A stretch of DNA of 64,000 bases from Callorhinchus milii. Lineage: Eukaryota. The stretch lies in NCBI RefSeq assembly GCF_018977255.1, contig NW_024704742.1:129148001-129212000 (forward strand), written 5' to 3'. Below, piece by piece: positions 1 through 14,052 of this stretch (position 1 is its first letter; the number at the start of each line of letters is the position of its first letter). The notes under the pieces were generated by a model. That model did not search any database and had not been told where the DNA came from. It saw nothing but the letters and a program-made list of their open reading frames with translations. The translations under genes were made by a program, and so were the position numbers.

Positions 1-839
1 GGTTGATTTAATTCTGACATTCAATTGCGAAACATGTCACCTTTCAGCCAGCTCTGCACCAAGGAAACCTGACAAGGAAGACAGGTTATTAGGACTCTGA
101 ATATCCCAAGTGAGAGATTTTTCCCTTCAATCTTTCTTATGTTTGTACCTAGGGACCAGATGTGAAAGCATTGTGTCCTAACTCATTACCTCCACCAGTC
201 CCTCAGTTAATTATTGACACATTAAATAAAGGGAGATTATTTTTTTCCAGCTGTCAAACTCTATGAACCAGTTGTGCAGCAAATACACATACAATTCTAG
301 GAAAGGGAATAATCCTACCAGCACGAGAGCTGGTGTGAATGGACCACTTACATTTACATCACTTAAATGCAACCATAGGATTGCACTGGTTTAAATTCAC
401 ACATAGTTATTTAATAACAGCCACTACCTTTGACCTACAGGGGAAATCAGAGTAACTCTCCAAACATCAGTGCATTTACTGACCTTGGGTGAGCAAACAG
501 ACCTAATTCTCTACCGCTCAGTGAACATACTAATTTTGGCAACATGAATAATAATAATCTTCCAAGGTCAGTGAATTTACCAATGATTAAAGAATTGCCA
601 CTGCTATAAATAATAATAATCTTTGCATTTGATATAGCGCCTCATCACATTGAAACTTCTCAAAATGTTTCTGTAAAGTGTAGTGACTGTGTACTTCATA
701 TACAAACACAGCAGACAATCTGCGCACAACAATGTCCCACAAACAGCGGGGGAACGATTGACCAAATATATATTTCAGATATACCAATAGAGCAGGACAA
801 GCAGGTGCATCAATTATAGGATAGACACTGGGAAGCATT

Positions 840-1560
840 TCTTTATGAAGATGTAAACAGTGTTAGTAGGAAGAATGATAGGAGTCAGTACACTGGACTC
901 ATTTCAGATGCTGTAATAGGAAGACAGTAAAATGGGTATTCTCAATGTACGAGTTCAAATGACTGAAGGATCTTCTTCATCTCTTGTACTGTTAGCAATG
1001 GAATACATAAGGATTCAAAATGATATCAAACTCCAAAGTATTTAATGAGGATTTTTTAACCATTCATTCTATTTAGCCCATCGTTCAGTGCAGACTTTAC
1101 TTCTGATCTTTTAAAAAATACATGTCACATTGTTGTGGAGTTTGAGAGGTTAAGACAAAAGGCATTTCAGTAAATTTCAACCTCGGTGCTTGGGAAGGGG
1201 ACGGTGATACAAAAAATACAGATTAAAGGAATTACCGGTGGGGTACGGGTGGAAACAAAATATTCATAAAGAGGGTGGTTATAATTCAGATATCTCTAAA
1301 CAAACTCGAGCTGAAGCAAATGATTTTACCATACAATGAAACACAAATTTCCATTTATAGTTTGAAAGAGAAATAAATATTACTTGAAAAAGAAGAATAT
1401 TAAAAGGTAAGAGGAAAGAACAGTATGGTGTTAGACTAGCTATCTTGTGTGGGGAAAAACAACACAGATTTAATGAGGGAATGGTCTGTTTCTGTAGAGT
1501 AACGTTCAATGATTCTATAAGAGGAACTGGATGTTAATACACTCGTATTGATTTCCCCAA
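840..1560 (+). mobile_element. Possible highly decayed L1/Tx1-like RT fragment
   Basis: Broken-frame peptides such as LVLLAMEY and LKQMILPY resemble L1 ORF2 motifs (LFxLAME, KMxILP). The match is weak. Confidence 0.3.
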
Positions 1561-2057
1561 AGCCAATTAATTTAGAAATGTTTCACGAAATTGGATCATC
1601 TCAACCTAAGAGATTACCTTGCACTGGTATTTACATTTGATGTCTCTTGCTTATTGCCAGGAATTAAACTGATTAGCTGTACTGCCGAGTGGCATGCAAA
1701 TGAGACTAATCAAATATCTTTCATGCCAAAGAAGCAGAAAGATCTAGGACAAAACACAAAATATTGCAGGTTAAATAATTAATAATAATTTGGTCACTCA
1801 ATCCACAACTATTTGTGGGACACTGCTGTGCACAATTGTGCACAATCACGTTTCGCCCACAAAATGTACAGTCAAATCACTTTATAGTATATTCTGTGAA
1901 GCGCTTTGAGAAGTTTCAATGACATGATCGGGCACTATATTAAATGCAAAGGTTATTATTATTATTACCTTCAAGAATCCCATCATGTTGAGATCCAACT
2001 TAGACTCTTCTCTAATAATTCTGATCCTCCCGCTTTGTCTTTTAATAGGTATAGATG

Positions 2058-2320
2058 TCAGCCTCTCTCAGTTGGTAGGACTCTCACTCTGAGTCAGAAG
2101 GTTGTGGTTCAAGCCCCAAGTTAGAATTTTGAACTCACAGTCTAAGATGACACTCGAATACAGTGCTCGGGGAGTGTTATATTGTTGCCCAGTGCCGTGC
2201 TTCAGATGAGATGTTAAACCATGGTCCCAGATAATTTTAAGATGGTTGTTAAAGATCCCATGGCACAATCCCCCAAATAAAATTGGTCACTAACTCCATG
2301 GCTGTTTGTGGAACATTAAG
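2058..2320 (+). mobile_element. Deu-domain tRNA-derived SINE (family B), internally deleted
   Basis: Head ctcagttggtaggactctcactctgagtcagaaggttgtggttcaagccc, then gatgagatgttaaacc...ttaaagatcccatggcac (Deu-domain-like core, as in AmnSINE1/SacSINE1). Confidence 0.8.
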
Positions 2321-2324
2321 CGCT

Positions 2325-2808
2325 CTGAGACACTATACCCCATCACACCCACCCTTGCCCAGCTCCACTGGCTCCCCAACCTCCAGAGGATAGAGTTCAA
2401 AACCCTCATCCTCACCTTCAAGGCCCTCCACGGCCTTGCCCTCCATACCGCTGCAACCTGCTGACCCCATATCAACCCGTCTGCTCCCTCTGCTCAGCAG
2501 GCTGTGGCGTGCTCCACGGCCCCTGGCCGGCCCACCCCACCAACGGCGATTGGGTCTTCAGCCTTTCTGTCTTGATGCTATGGAACTCTATCCGACATTC
2601 CCTTCACCTTGCTCCCTCACTTGCCTTCTTCAAGACAGTCTCAAAACCCTCCTCTTCGACCAAGCCTTCAGCGACTCTCCTACCCTCCACCACACACACC
2701 CCCTGATCCCGACTCACAGCTCGGGTCCAAATCCCTGACTGTCCAGCGCCTTGGGACGCCCTCCTAACATGAAAGTCGTGATACAAATGTAGTTTTGTAT
2801 TGTGTTGT
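2325..2808 (+). mobile_element. L2 LINE 3' fragment (subfamily alpha)
   Basis: Encodes LHWLP..RIEFK.L.LTFKALHGLA. Terminal gcgccttgggacgccctcctaacatgaaagtcg followed by a GT-rich tail. Confidence 0.9.
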
Positions 2809-4112
2809 AATTCGGGTCCCAGGTGAAATTTCTTCTCAAGAATCTGTTTAGCCAAATTGTATTTTTTGCCATATAAGGCCTGAAATTCCAACAAATCTTA
2901 TCTTTTGAGACTATTTGGTTCGTAGAACTTAAGATGATGTGGAAATGCGGAAAATTTAGAAGTCGCTTTTCCGCAGTTCTTAAAAGGAAATTTGGCTTTT
3001 CGAATTTAGACAACAATGACGATAACAAATTGCATTTATATAAACAGCAGAACTTAAGATCGTTCCACAGTTTTGAGGGACCTTAAATTTAAGATTTAAG
3101 ACAAAACAGTCTTAAATCTTATATCAGCAGAATAACCCACAAATATACGGAAACCATAAATATATGGTCAATTCACTTTACAGCATATTCTGTGAAGTGC
3201 TTTGAGACATCTAGAAGATGTGAAAAACACTATATCAAATGCAAGAATTATTATTATTATTATAACATTATCTGATGTACAGAGTTTATAAAAGATGGAG
3301 ATTAAAAGCGACATAGCTTCCTGAAATAGGACAACAATAATAATATAATAATAATCCTTGCATTTGATATAGTACCTTATCATGTCATTGAGACGTCTCA
3401 AAGCGCTTCACAGAATATATTGTAAAGTAGATTGATGATATATTTGTGGGCCAAACACAGCAGGCAATTGCACACAGCAGGGTCCCACAAACAGTCGTGG
3501 ATTGAGTGACCACATTTTTTTTGAGGGATTATTTCACGTGGAAAGTGATCCCCAATCGCCTAACAAACGGGTTCCTACTCACGCTATGGGGCTTCATAGA
3601 GGCAGTATATTTGCTTCAGCACAAATGTTTCGGTCCAGTGGCCATCTTTTTAATGCAATATTTCTTAATAAATGCCTGATTTTCACAGTGTGATATACAA
3701 TCACTGATGTACCTACACAGTGGCATTGTCAATCATCCCATTGCATCCTCCCACTCTGCATCAAGCAGACAAATCGCCTTGCAAGGCACATTACCTTGGC
3801 AACATCTCACCTTAATAATTGTTCATTTCTGCCCTGCAAGTACACAAAGCATTTATTTATTGCTGTGTTTTCATGAGAAAGCACCCTTTATCCTAACCTT
3901 TCCTTGACCTCTGCAATATACGGCTTAAACATGACGCAAGAGTAGAAATATTGTTTGATCATTATGACTGAAACACAAGCAGAGAATGTCAGGTTTGTTA
4001 ATTCTTTGGAACCAACCATGTGGGAGAAATTTAACCTTAGTCTAGAGTTACTCTACTTTCTTAGCAATTAAGAGCTTCCAGCATTTGCCAGACTGATGAT
4101 AGACCAGCCACG

Positions 4113-4465
4113 ATAATAATAATAATAATCCTTGCATTTGATCTAGCGCCTTATCAGATCGTTTAGACATCTAAAGAACTTCACAGTATATTTTGTAAAG
4201 TGAATTGATTGTATTTTGAGGCTGAAACTCGGCAGCCAATTGAGCACAGTAATGTCCCACAAATAATCATGGATTTTATTTTGAGGAATTATTCCCCCCA
4301 GAAAGCAATCAGCCAATCGACTAACAACCAGATTCCTCTTACTGCAAGGTAAACAGAGGCGTGTGGAGTAAGGAAACTTGCCTAACGTTTTACCGAGCCC
4401 GCAAATCAAACTGGTGTCCTCTCATTTACGAGGCGAACGAGCTAACCACTACATAAGGGACTCCA
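4113..4465 (-). mobile_element. tRNA-derived SINE family A (SINE2-1_CM-like), long variant
   Basis: Minus strand: tRNA-like head, ggcaagtttccttactccacacgcctctgtttacc segment, shared 3' module, (ATT)n tail. Confidence 0.85.
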
Positions 4466-4934
4466 TATTCAGAACGCACGGAAGGTGGTTTAATGGTTCA
4501 TCAATTTTGGAGCTACAAATAACAGTTCCGGTTTACGGAGCGCCCTTTTCGCAGAGCAGCATCTCAGAGCATATAACACTGGCAGAGCTTGATGCCGAGC
4601 CATGGAGAGAGGGGAGGTGACCATAGACACAGTCGAAGAGGAAAGTTCAGATACCTGGAAAAACTCTGTTCTCATATCAAATAGTCTCCTGAGATTTTTA
4701 ACATCCTCCCACAGAGCAAGCAGATGGGATCTCAGTTTAACGTTTCATCTAAACAATGGCATCTCCAGCAGACTACATCAGAATACAAGCTCATTCCCAA
4801 CATAGGGCTTGAATTTACAACCTTCAGAGTATTGTACACTGAGACAAAAAATGATCAAGTTCAGAAAGATCCTTCCATTTGGAGCAGTAATTGTTTTTCC
4901 TGACCATTAAATTTGTAATATTATCCGTGTGTTT

Positions 4935-5360
4935 GAGATAGCGCCTTTCTCATCAGAAGGATATCTCAAAGCATATCCCAGGATTTATTGTACAGTGTGG
5001 TGACTATATATTTGTAAGCAAATACGGCAGCCATATTGTACACATCAAAGTCCCACAAACAGCAATGAAGTGAATAACTAATTTTATCTGTTAGATTATT
5101 GGCCAGAACACCAAGAGAGACTGCCTTCCCTTTTCGAATAATACCATGGCATCTTTAACTTCCCCAAGTTTTCAGGCAAAAAAGGGCCTTGGTTTAACGT
5201 CTCATCCAAAGGATGGAACCTCCAACAATTCAGCATCCCCCAAACATTTAACTGGAGTGACAGCCTAAATGATGTGAGATCAAAGTGCCCGTGGCAGTGG
5301 CTTGAATCTACAATTTTCTTACTCAGAGGTGAGAGTAAGACCAAATGAGCCATGCTAACA
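4935..5360 (-). mobile_element. Deu-domain SINE (family B), near full length
   Basis: Reverse complement carries the family-B head, the ggatgagacgttaaaccaaggccc core and the shared 3' module. Confidence 0.8.
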
Positions 5361-7619
5361 CAAGGTAGCACATAACTTTTCTACTGCCCTGTGTCCTGAA
5401 TCTGACAGACACTCGCTTGATATGACTTAGATCCAGAAAACAGCAAGGAAGCTGTTTACAGTTCCATTCAGTAGCTGGATCGAACATAATCTGACAGCCA
5501 AAGGCATAAAAGGAGAAGAAGTCCTTTGAGCATATTGAATTCTTGACAAAACACCTGATGATTTCCTTTAATTGGCACTGTAGCAGTTCCAGACACAGTT
5601 GTGAGAGAGCTTTGTGAAAAAGCTCTGCATTGATTTCAAATAAAATTGTGCCCACGGATCTCACCTGTTTTAGGCTGAATATCTTGTGTTCAAAATCATT
5701 TGTTGTATAAGTGTGCATTGTAGGCAGGAATTTACAATGTCGTGGTCAAATCTAAATCTGGCTTTATCATTCTGCAAGGAGAAATCAAAAGAAAAAACTG
5801 AATGATAACAATGATATAATAATAATTCTTGCTTTTCATATGGACTCTTATCATGTCGTTGAGATGTCTCAAAGTGCTTCGCAGGTTGTACAGTAAAGAC
5901 TGTAATTTTGTGGGCAATGATGAAAATCTGAAATGGGAAAACATAGCCGGTGTATATCACTGTGTGAAAAAGAAAGACAGATTATCATTTTGGGTATAAT
6001 CCTTTGTCAGAACTACGACAAAAACAACAACTTGAATTTATAGAGTGCCCTTCATGTGGGATAACAATAACTAGTGTTATCATACTGGAGATAATCTGTA
6101 GGACTGACAGGCCCAAGAAATCAAATTGTGGGATAGGACAATAGGAATCTGCTAACTGACTCACAAAGCGAAAGCTGGTGAGAATATAAGAAAGTATCAC
6201 TGAGTAAAGGCGATTTAGGGACAGTTCTGATGGTCCAGGGGATAGAGCTACAATAGGGTTCCAAGATCCTATCATGTGTGCAGGGTGCTATATACCTGCA
6301 AGTTACTGTTGTAGAGCTGCAGAACTTATGTTCCAGGAGCTCATTGGTTTGAACACTGAACTGTGTTGAGTTTACTGGTCTCACAAGGAGGCTAACTTAT
6401 TAGGGAGAAGTCATTGGAGCTGTACAGATGAACAGCCTGCCGACAATCACACACGAACAACGGCTGCTTTGACAGGGTTGTAAAGGGCCCGTGGAACTGT
6501 AGAACAGAAAGAGACCAGACAAGGAGCAGAGAGGTGTGTGCCCGTCGAGATAAAAAATAGAAGCATAAATGGACACACTACATATACTGATAGATGATGG
6601 GATTTTAAGGCTGCTGTCATAACACATTGATCATGGTGACTATCAATCAATTGTTATGTCATGCAGTATAAGGCTTTCTTTTATAGTTTTGGGTATTATT
6701 ATTGAAGCAAAGTCACTACAACTTTGACGGGGCAGACAATTGCGCACAATTGCTGTGTTTCGCCCACAAAATATACAGTCAATTCACTTTGCAGCATATT
6801 CTGTGAAACACTTTTAGAAGTCTAGAAGACATGATAAGGTGCTATATCAAATGCAAGGATTATTATTATTATTACAACGCAGAGGAGACCATTTGGGTTA
6901 ACAATGTCTACACAGCCACCTGAACAGGCAGAAGGAACCACAGTTTAATGTCTCATCCAAAGCAATGCCACCTTCTACAATGCAACGTTCCCCCAGTCCT
7001 GTAATAGGATGCCTACCTGGAAAACAGGTTCAAGTTAAGTGATAGCCTTGAACTCTTCCCCCACAATCATCTGCCTAGAGGTGAGAAGCTGCCAAGAGAG
7101 TCAGGCTGAAAGACGAGATGAGATTGTTGAAAGACTCAGCAGTCTTTGTCATTTCCATTACTGTATTTACTGAAACTCTTTAAACAGATGGCATAATAAC
7201 CAATTTCAGAGCTGCTGCTTCATTACTCATTGCTACTAAGTGCTTAATTAGAATAGTTAATCATTTGCATGTCTTAAAGTGCCAATACTAGAATAGTACT
7301 TTGTCTGAGATCCTTAGGGTCAAAATTGTGACGTATGGTGTGATAATTGTTAACATTGATAGTAATTGTCACGCTCCACCAAACCCCATCCATGTTGATT
7401 TGTGTGAACAATTCCTGCATTCCCTCTCCCACCCCCAATTTTTGACAATGATTAAATCCGAAGCTTCCCTTGGTGTTGATTGCTTTTAACACAAGTTCGC
7501 GGATACTAGCTTGGTAAACTGATTAAGAATAATAATAATAATGCTTACATTTGATATAGCACCTTATAACATGCTTCACAGAATATACTGTAAAGTGAAT
7601 TGATTGTATTTTTTTTGGG

Positions 7620-7790
7620 TGATAAACTTGAAAGAACACAACTCAGAGGGGACCTTGTAGAGGTGTGTAACATTTTAAATGGGATTAAAAGAGTAAACCC
7701 AAAACACCAAGACAGTAGAACAAGCGGACACAGGTATAGAGTTACAAAGACCAATTTCAGTACAGATACCAGGACGTGTGTGTGGCAGAA
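7620..7790 (+). mobile_element. CR1 LINE ORF2 C-terminal fragment
   Basis: ORF 7600-7803 reads LERTQLRGDLVEVCNILNG..RTSGHRY, matching CR1 RRLRGDLIEVYKIL..RTRGH. Confidence 0.8.
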
Positions 7791-9572
7791 TGGGAAAAAA
7801 TAATGAAGGACATGGTACCTCTGATTCAGATAATAATAATAATTAATAATAATAATAATCCTTGCATTTGATGGCGCAGTCCTAAAAAATATTACTTTTC
7901 ATGAACACCAGACAGAAACATCCAAGTAACAAAAGCACCTCAACAAAAGGTCAGTTGTATTCCTTGGCTTTCCTGAGGTAAATGGAAGAATCAAGAGAGA
8001 TTACAATTGCAATTTTGTTTACAATTCACATTTATAGAGCGCCTTTCACATCGGGAGGATGTCTCAAAGTATCTTATGCTGCTGATTGGGTTCATGAAAT
8101 AGAGAGCAAATGGGTGGGGGAACAGGAAATCAATGCATTGCCAACTTCAATAAATCACAGAAAGACACAATATTTATGGAAAGAAGAATTATGAGTAATG
8201 GAGGTGATACGAGAGCAGGGGAACAATTAATCACACCCTGGGAAATAAGGAGGGGACACATTTGAAGAGGAGCAAGGAAACAAAGAGGTATTGGGGAATC
8301 TCAATATGGGGGGAGGAGGAAGAACAGATGAGGATAACAGTGACTCAGGGCAAGAAGTATGGGTGGGCCAAAGTAAATATAAGGTGGGTGAGGTCAAGAG
8401 TGTGTGAGGGGTAACAACTGGAAAAAGATAATGATGTGTGCGCAGTTCATATTCGAGGGGCCATTCAGCCCCTCGAGCCTATTCCGCCATTCTATTAGAT
8501 TATTCTATTAGATCATGGCTATTCTGTAGGGATCAGAGATATGGCCAAAGAAGGGAAAGGAAGAGAGTTTCAGCATGACACTAGGGAGTTTCTCCTGGCG
8601 TCCTGGTCAATGATTCTCCAGTTAAATTAGTCATTGACCTGCTGGCTATTTGTGGTACATTATTGGACACAAATAAGCTGCAATGTACATCTATATATAC
8701 AGAGGTATTACATTTACAGTAATTGCCATGAAACGCTTTGAGAGGTTTTGATGTTGAAGGTGCCGTATCAAATATAAGGATGTTATAATAACAGCCCCGT
8801 GTAAAACACTGTAATACATTTTAAATTAAGTCCACTGGAGATCTGCCTCTGAGGGAAACACACAAACTGGAAAACGTTGCACTGCAAATACACTTTTTCA
8901 AGTGCATTTCAATGTTAAGATCACTAACAAAAGTGATATCAGAAAGGTCCAGCGTATCTTATTTGATTTCACTGTTCGGTAGCCGTATTAAAAGTATGCC
9001 TTGTAAATCGCAGCAGATTATTGAGGTTATTGAGATGGCCTTGGAACAATTTTAGCATTGGCATCTGCATAGGAACTGCTCGCTCAGTTTCTGGACAGAA
9101 ATTGAATATTATTTGTAACAATATAGATTTCAGTACAGTACATTCCAACTCCCCCTTAAACATGCTTGACCTTGTTTAATTATTAACTGAAGGATCTCTT
9201 GATGCTGTTTTGCTCCATTTGGTGGCACAAGAGTAGTCAGAACAATGCTCCAGCAGAGAAGCAACATTATGAAATACGTCCACAGAGAACACATTCCTCA
9301 GAAAAATGATAAAAATAGCAACATAGAAACACTAATGAATGGTGCAGAAGTAGAGGACATTTGATCCATCCAGTCACCCTTTGTTATAATCACTCTTTCT
9401 AGCTCTTTCTCCATATCTCTTGATCGGCTAATGTTTCCATATAACTTCATATGGGTTAATAAATGGGAAAAAAGAGAAATTTGTGTCTACAAAATACATT
9501 CAGGAAGATAAGGAGCTATATCAAAATCAAGGATTATTATTATTACTTTTTTTAATTAAATAAAAAAGGTTA

Positions 9573-9942
9573 TGGAAGAAAGTCAGGGTAGTGGGGCAAC
9601 ACTGATAGGAATTTTGTTTTGGATGTCTAACACATGTGAAAACTCATCACAATGCTTAAGAGTATCCAAACCAGACTGAGTGTTCCAGGTTTGTCACTTA
9701 CACGTAGAATTTCCTGTGACTGCAATGCGCACACTCTACTTGAGGAAAATACTTAGCTAATTCCTACACTGATAGTGCAGAGCTGGCACAGGCATAATGA
9801 TCTGAACTCTCTTCTTTTTTACATAGAGTTATGTAGACTGTACAGAAATGAAACAGGCTGTTCGGACCAACTAATCCTTGCTGGTGTTTAGACTTCACAT
9901 GAGTCTTCCGTGCTGAAATTCACATCTCCTATTCACCATGGT
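9573..9942 (+). repeat. Arm 1 (source) of a ~370-bp inverted duplication
   Basis: Near-identical reverse complement of 10837-11208. Confidence 0.95.
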
Positions 9943-10258
9943 TCTCCAGCCACCTCCGCTCTCTTAAAGCACAGGTGCAAGCCACTGAGCATACCTGCTT
10001 AAATCAAACTTAACAGTCCAACGGCAGATCTGGCCTGGACCTTATCAAATCCTACCGCTCGGCCCTCGCCTCCCCTAAATCATCGTTCTACTACAAGACA
10101 ATCTTGGAGGCCAAAGACAATCCCAGGTTCCTCCACGCACCCTCTCATGCCTCACCCATTCTCAACTCACTTGCCAACCGCGAGGTGATGCTGGACGTCC
10201 TCAAATCCAAAGTTGAGGGAATCATCTCAGCTGCCTCTGCCATTGCATCTCCTACACA

Positions 10259-10578
10259 TGTAGAGTCCTGTAGCTCAGTGGTTAGACTACTCGCCTTGCA
10301 AGCGAGAGACCTGAGATCGATTCCCAGCAGGGCAAAATCTTGGGCAAGTTTCCTTACTCCACACGCCTGATAATAATCCCTCAAGAAAAAAACAATAATA
10401 AATTGGTCACTTCAATCCACAACTGTTTGTGGGACACTTCTGTGCGCAATTGGCGTCCGCGTTCCGCCCACAAATAAACAGTTAATTCACTTTACAGTAT
10501 ATTCTGTGAAGCGCTTTGAGAAGTCTATAAGACGTGAAAAGCACTATAGCAAATGCAAGGATTATTATTATTATTACT
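10259..10578 (+). mobile_element. SINE family A, short variant, nested in L2
   Basis: gagtcctgtagctcagtggttag (A box)...gatcgattccc (B box-like)...gcaaggattattatta tail. Confidence 0.9.
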
Positions 10579-10836
10579 ATCCCTACCTCCACACCTTTGA
10601 AACTGACTCTCCCTCCTCTCTCATTACCAGCATAACCCACATGAAACCGACCACCTGCTCCCTCAACTCCATCCCTATCCCTCTCTTTACCTCCCAGCTC
10701 CACCTCCTTGCCCCTCTACTCGCTGACATCATAAACCTATCTCTGTCCTCTGGTACTGTTCCCATGCCATTAAAAACCTCCGCTATCACTCCTACCCTTA
10801 AAAAAACATCCCTGGACCCATCTCTACTCCCAAACT

Positions 10837-11208
10837 ACCATGGTGAATAGATGCGAATTTCAGCACGGAAGACTCATGTGAAGTCTAAACACCAGCAAGG
10901 ATTAGTTGGTCCGAACAGCCTGTTTCATTTCAGTACAGTCTACATAACTCTATGTAAAAAAGAAGACCGTTCAGCTCATTATGCCTGTGCCAGCTCTGCA
11001 CTATCAGTGTAGGAATTAGCTAAGCAATGTATTTTCCTCAAGTAGAGTGTGCGCATTGCAGTCACAGGAAATTCTACGTGTAAGTGACAAACCTGGAACA
11101 CTCAGTCTGGTTTGGATACCCTTAAGCATTGTGATGAGTTTCCACATGTGTTAGACATCCAAAACACAATTCCTATCAGTGTAGCCCCACTACCCTGACT
11201 TTCTTCCA
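10837..11208 (-). repeat. Arm 2 of the inverted duplication, inserted in L2 ORF2
   Basis: Reverse complement of 9573-9942. It splits the L2 at NY|(RPI)SNLPFLS. Confidence 0.95.
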
Positions 11209-11524
11209 ACCTCCCTTTTCTCTCCGAGGTCCTGGAATGAGGTGTTGCTTCTCAGCTTCACTCATTCCTCTCCTGCCACTCCCTTCTTGAACCCCTCTAA
11301 TCGGGTTTCCATGCCACCCACAGCACAGAAATAGCCCTGGTCAAAGTGACAAATGACGTTCTGTCCATCTGCAACCAGGGCTCCCTTTGCCTCATCATCC
11401 TCCTTGACCTCTCTGCTGCCTTCAACACCATTGACCACTCTATCCTCTCACCTCCTCTCACCTCAATCTTCACAGCTCTGTCCTTGACTGGTTCACATCA
11501 TACCTCTCACACCGCCTCCACTTT

Positions 11525-11850
11525 ATAATAATAATAATAATCCTTGCATTTGATATAGGGCTTTTCACGTCAGGAGGACGTCCCAAAGCGCTTCACAGAA
11601 CACACTGTAAAGTGAATTGACTGTATATTTGTGGACGAACGCGGCAGCCAATTGCGCACAGCAATGTCCCACAAACAGTCGTAGATTGAAAATGACCAAT
11701 TTAATTATTGTTTTTGGTTTTTGGAGGGATTATTATTAGGCTCTGTGTGGAGTAAGGAAACTTGCCCAAGGTTTTGCCCTGCCTGGAATTGAACTCAGAT
11801 CTCTCACTTGCAAAGCGAGTGCTCTAACCACTGAGCTACAGGACTCCACA
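11525..11850 (-). mobile_element. SINE family A, short variant with L2-alpha-type tail, nested in L2
   Basis: Full head and tail. The tail reads gggacgtcctcctgacgtgaaaag on the minus strand. Confidence 0.9.
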
Positions 11851-13364
11851 AACGGTTCCTCCTCTAGCTCCTGCACCATCTCGTGCAGTGTTCCTACATG
11901 GCTCTGTTCTTGGTCCCCTCCATGTATGTGGATGACACCCAACTGTAATGATACTGTAACTGTTCCTCTCTGGCTCCACCCTTGACTCCAGGAACACTGA
12001 TGTCCTGACAGAATGTCTGTCAGACATCAAGTCTTGGATGAGAGCAAACTTTTTTCAGCTGAACGTCAACAAGACCAAGGCTCTTCTGATTGGCTCCTGT
12101 CAACGCCTCCTCAGGCGTTGACAGCATCACTATCCATGGTTGCATATTTCACCTTGCGAAGCCAGTCCAGAACCTTGGCGTCTTGTTTGACCCTCAACTA
12201 TGCTTTCTACCCCACATCTGCCCCATGATCTGCTCTGCCTTCCCCAAACTCCGCAACATCACCTGGCTCCGCCACTGTCTCACACCGCAGGCCGCCGAAA
12301 CCCTCATACATGCTTTCATTCTGAGGCTCAGCTATGCAAACTCCTGGCTTGTCGGCCTCCACAACTCCTCCCTCCATAGGCTGCAGGTCATCCAGAACTC
12401 TGAAGCCCGTGTCCTCTCCCGCACCAGGCTTCACGACCCTATCACCCTGATCCTCGTCCAACTCCACTGGCTTCCCATCACACAGAGGTTACAGTTCAAG
12501 ATCCTGGTTTTCACCTTCAAAGCCCTCCATGGTCTTGCTCCCCCCTACCTCTACAAAATCCTAACCCCCTATGATTCTGCTCGCTCCCTCCGCTCAGCAG
12601 GCTCTGGCCTGCTTCACGTCCCCCGTCTCGCTCGCTCCACTATTGGCGGGCGGGCCTTCTGCCACTTTGCCCCCACCCTCTGGCTTAACCCCTCCCTTGC
12701 CACCTTCAAGACCCATCTCAAGACTCTCCTCTTCAACCATGCTTTCGATCTCCCTGCTTCCTCCCCTACCCTCCACCCTCCCCAACCCCCAGCTCGGATC
12801 CAAAACTCTATCTGTTCAGCACCTCGGGACATCCTCCCGCCGTGAAAGGGGCTATACAAATGTAACTTTGTTGTTGTTGTTGTTGAAATCATCTATGGTT
12901 GCTTGAACAGTCCAGGCCTTAGCCTATCTGGATCTGACTTGCATCCTTTCTTTTGGATTCAGCACTTGCTCGCTGCTTTCCACTTGTGTGCGTGAATATT
13001 GATTTTTCTGCAAGATAAATTTTCCTTTCAACTGCTGTCCTGAAGTATTCTTTGAAAGGGATTAACTGAAATGTCAAAGTTTAGCATTTCTGTGTGTTGA
13101 CAGTAAAGGCTTGCTTGCAGATTTAATTATAATTAGGATAGGATGACCGTTCTACTTATTCTAATTATAGATCAATCGATTGCATTGTTGATAACAATAC
13201 TAATATGCAGACTTGTGTGAACTATTGACCTTGATCTGTTGCTTAACTTAGAGAATGGCAGAACTTTCAACACAGAAAGAGGGTATTTGACGCATCACTT
13301 TTCTGCTATTCTGTCTTCCTACCCACCCCCTATTCTTTAATCCCATATTTGAATTTACATTGTT

Positions 13365-13720
13365 CAGGCTCACACTCCAATACAGTGCTGATGCAGTGCT
13401 GTATCATCAGAGACGCTGTCCTTGGATGAGATGTTAAACCAAGGTTCTATGAGCCTTCTCATGCGGACATTTAATATTCTATGGCACCATTCAAACAGAT
13501 AAGCAAATTTCTACCTGTGTTTTGGCAAACAATCCCCCAAATAACATTGGTCATTCACTTCATGGCTGTTTGTGGAGTCACACATGCACAAATTGGCGTT
13601 TGCCTATAAAATACACTATTACTATACTTTACAGTAAATCCTGTGGAATGCTATGTTATCTTGACAAGTTGATAAGGACCTATACCAAATACGGGGTATG
13701 TTGTTATAATATTATTGTTA
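13365..13720 (+). mobile_element. Deu-domain SINE (family B), 5'-truncated
   Basis: ggatgagatgttaaaccaagg core plus the shared 3' module. Confidence 0.75.
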
Positions 13721-14052
13721 GAGTTGAAATAGATGCGTAGATACACAGACAAGAAAGAGCAAAGATAAAAGGCCCAGCGACCCATCAAGTCTACTCCTGG
13801 AAGAATCCTTCCACTGCACATTCCACAAAATAAACACCTACATGTCTGTACTGTGAGTTCAAAGTCCCAATATGGGGCTTAAAATCACAACCTTCTGACT
13901 TAGAGACGCGAGTGCTGCCAAATGACTCAGGCTGACACACAATAAAGAGCGGCCACACCTCCTATTGCCTGAAAGCTTGATCGAGCACTTGTAATATGGC
14001 CCTGGACTGTCAAAGACTCAACTTCAGACCAGCAGACCCTGCTACGGGAAGC

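Larger units (their letters stand above)
9937..12885 (+). mobile_element. 5'-truncated L2 (alpha), interrupted by two SINEs and an inverted duplication
   Basis: ORF2 peptides PWFSSHLRSLK, LLADIINLSLSSGTVP..KTSAITPTLKK, LILLDLSAAFNTIDH, and ORF 12090-12845 (LHWLPITQRLQFK). (GTT)n tail ends at 12885. Confidence 0.95.

Noticed and set aside
6080..6400. Possible CR1 endonuclease remnant
   Set aside because: Only faint motif traces are visible by eye, too degenerate to call without an alignment.
12090..12845. 251-aa ORF as a gene
   Set aside because: It is an L2 ORF2 C-terminal fragment inside a disrupted element.
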